Below are positions 62,990-64,000 of a DNA stretch of 64,000 nt, one piece after another. Made by a program: the position numbers and the translations under genes. The DNA is from Phoronis australis. Its lineage: Eukaryota > Animalia > Phoronida. The stretch lies in NCBI GenBank assembly GCA_002633005.1, contig NMRA01000351.1:1-64000 (forward strand), read 5' to 3'. Position 1 is the first letter of the stretch; each line of letters opens with the position of its first letter. A model generated the notes under the pieces. The model was not told where the DNA came from. It saw only the letters and a program-made list of their open reading frames with translations, and searched no databases.

Positions 62990-64000
62990 GTAAGTAGCCA
63001 TTATACTGCAGTCTCAACATGATATCTTTAGACCATGGATTTGTATTTAACTGTGATCACAAAGTCTTAATTTTAATGAACATGGTTTTAAATATTGAAG
63101 AACTAGCTTAATTTTAAGGCAGGAATCTGTTCTTTGAAGTTCGTTGCCCAAAACACGACAGTGGGAAGACGGGCTTACAAGCAGTATGAAAGCATCACAC
63201 AGAAGCCCACAACCCTAACGAAACAGAGCCAGGTTTTTTGTGATTGATCAATACTGATTCTAAAGTCTTTAGCTGAAGTGTGTCATTTTCAACACAGTGA
63301 ATTATGGTATTGTCTGCTATTTCTTGCCAAGTTATTTCCAAAATGATCTTGAATGGACCCCTCCTGCAAGTGCATGGACAACCGTGGCGAGAGAGAACAG
63401 TCACACCATGTGTCTAATGTAACGCTATTCACGTGAATGAGGACGAATGTCTTCATTCATATGACATTTGAATTGGTAAACAACATTACATTTGGCCACT
63501 GGTCGTAGTCTTTCACGACTGGGGTTGTTTTTCATGACAAAGTGAGGAGACTTCCAATAAGAAATAACTACATTCAATCTGTCACCAGGTTTGACCTGAC
63601 CTTAATGTTATGACTCCTACAATCTTCTTAAGCACATGTTCGTCACTCAGATAGCTGTAACATTCTTAGTGGTACTAACTCAAGGTTAGAGTCAATCGTT
63701 GATATGAAAGACCTAAGGTAGTTATCAACAAAAGAATTAGTATAACCATATGATTGTTAACTAGAAGTTGTTTGATGCATTGAACTTCAACGTTGAATGC
63801 TTGCCAATCAGAGTGAGATAGAGAGATTGTTTATTGTACTTGGAGCTAAGCTCATTTGCACATTTTACATTGCAGCATTTGGTATAGGTGGCAGTTTCAT
63901 GTCCGGATATTCAATACATATACATATTTACACGTTACAATATTAGAGTTTCCTGTCTAATACCATAAGCCTTTGATATAAATAAGGATAGTCTTTTCAA

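Overview
This is repeat-dense animal genomic DNA, probably from a marine invertebrate (inferred from the TE repertoire), with scaffold Ns. The only host gene I can support is a + strand HSD17B7-like 3-ketosteroid reductase. Three of its internal exons lie at 46644-46759, 52757-52832 (catalytic YSSSK) and 62885-62989; the rest of the window appears intronic or non-coding. Transposon content: (1) a decayed L1/Tx1-type LINE at 1-5320; (2) three families of TTAA-flanked Kolobok-type elements, in which every two-ended copy keeps the 5' ends of two convergent genes (a THAP-domain transposase and a P2X7-C-terminus-like 'KolX' gene) and has lost the middle; (3) two Helentron/HINE-like families, one in tandem arrays; (4) several TA-flanked TIR elements and small MITEs; (5) a ~6 kb satellite-armed foldback element; (6) minisatellites; (7) decayed C2H2-ZF, USP and Tc1-transposase fragments. 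Most notable: the recurrent tail-to-tail THAP/KolX deletion architecture, a Kolobok end joined to its own family's internal TTAA, the foldback, a HINE whose 3' end abuts a host splice acceptor, and HINE units dense in YY1/ETS/NRF1/CTCF-like motifs. All calls were made by eye with no database searches, and I see no prokaryotic system.
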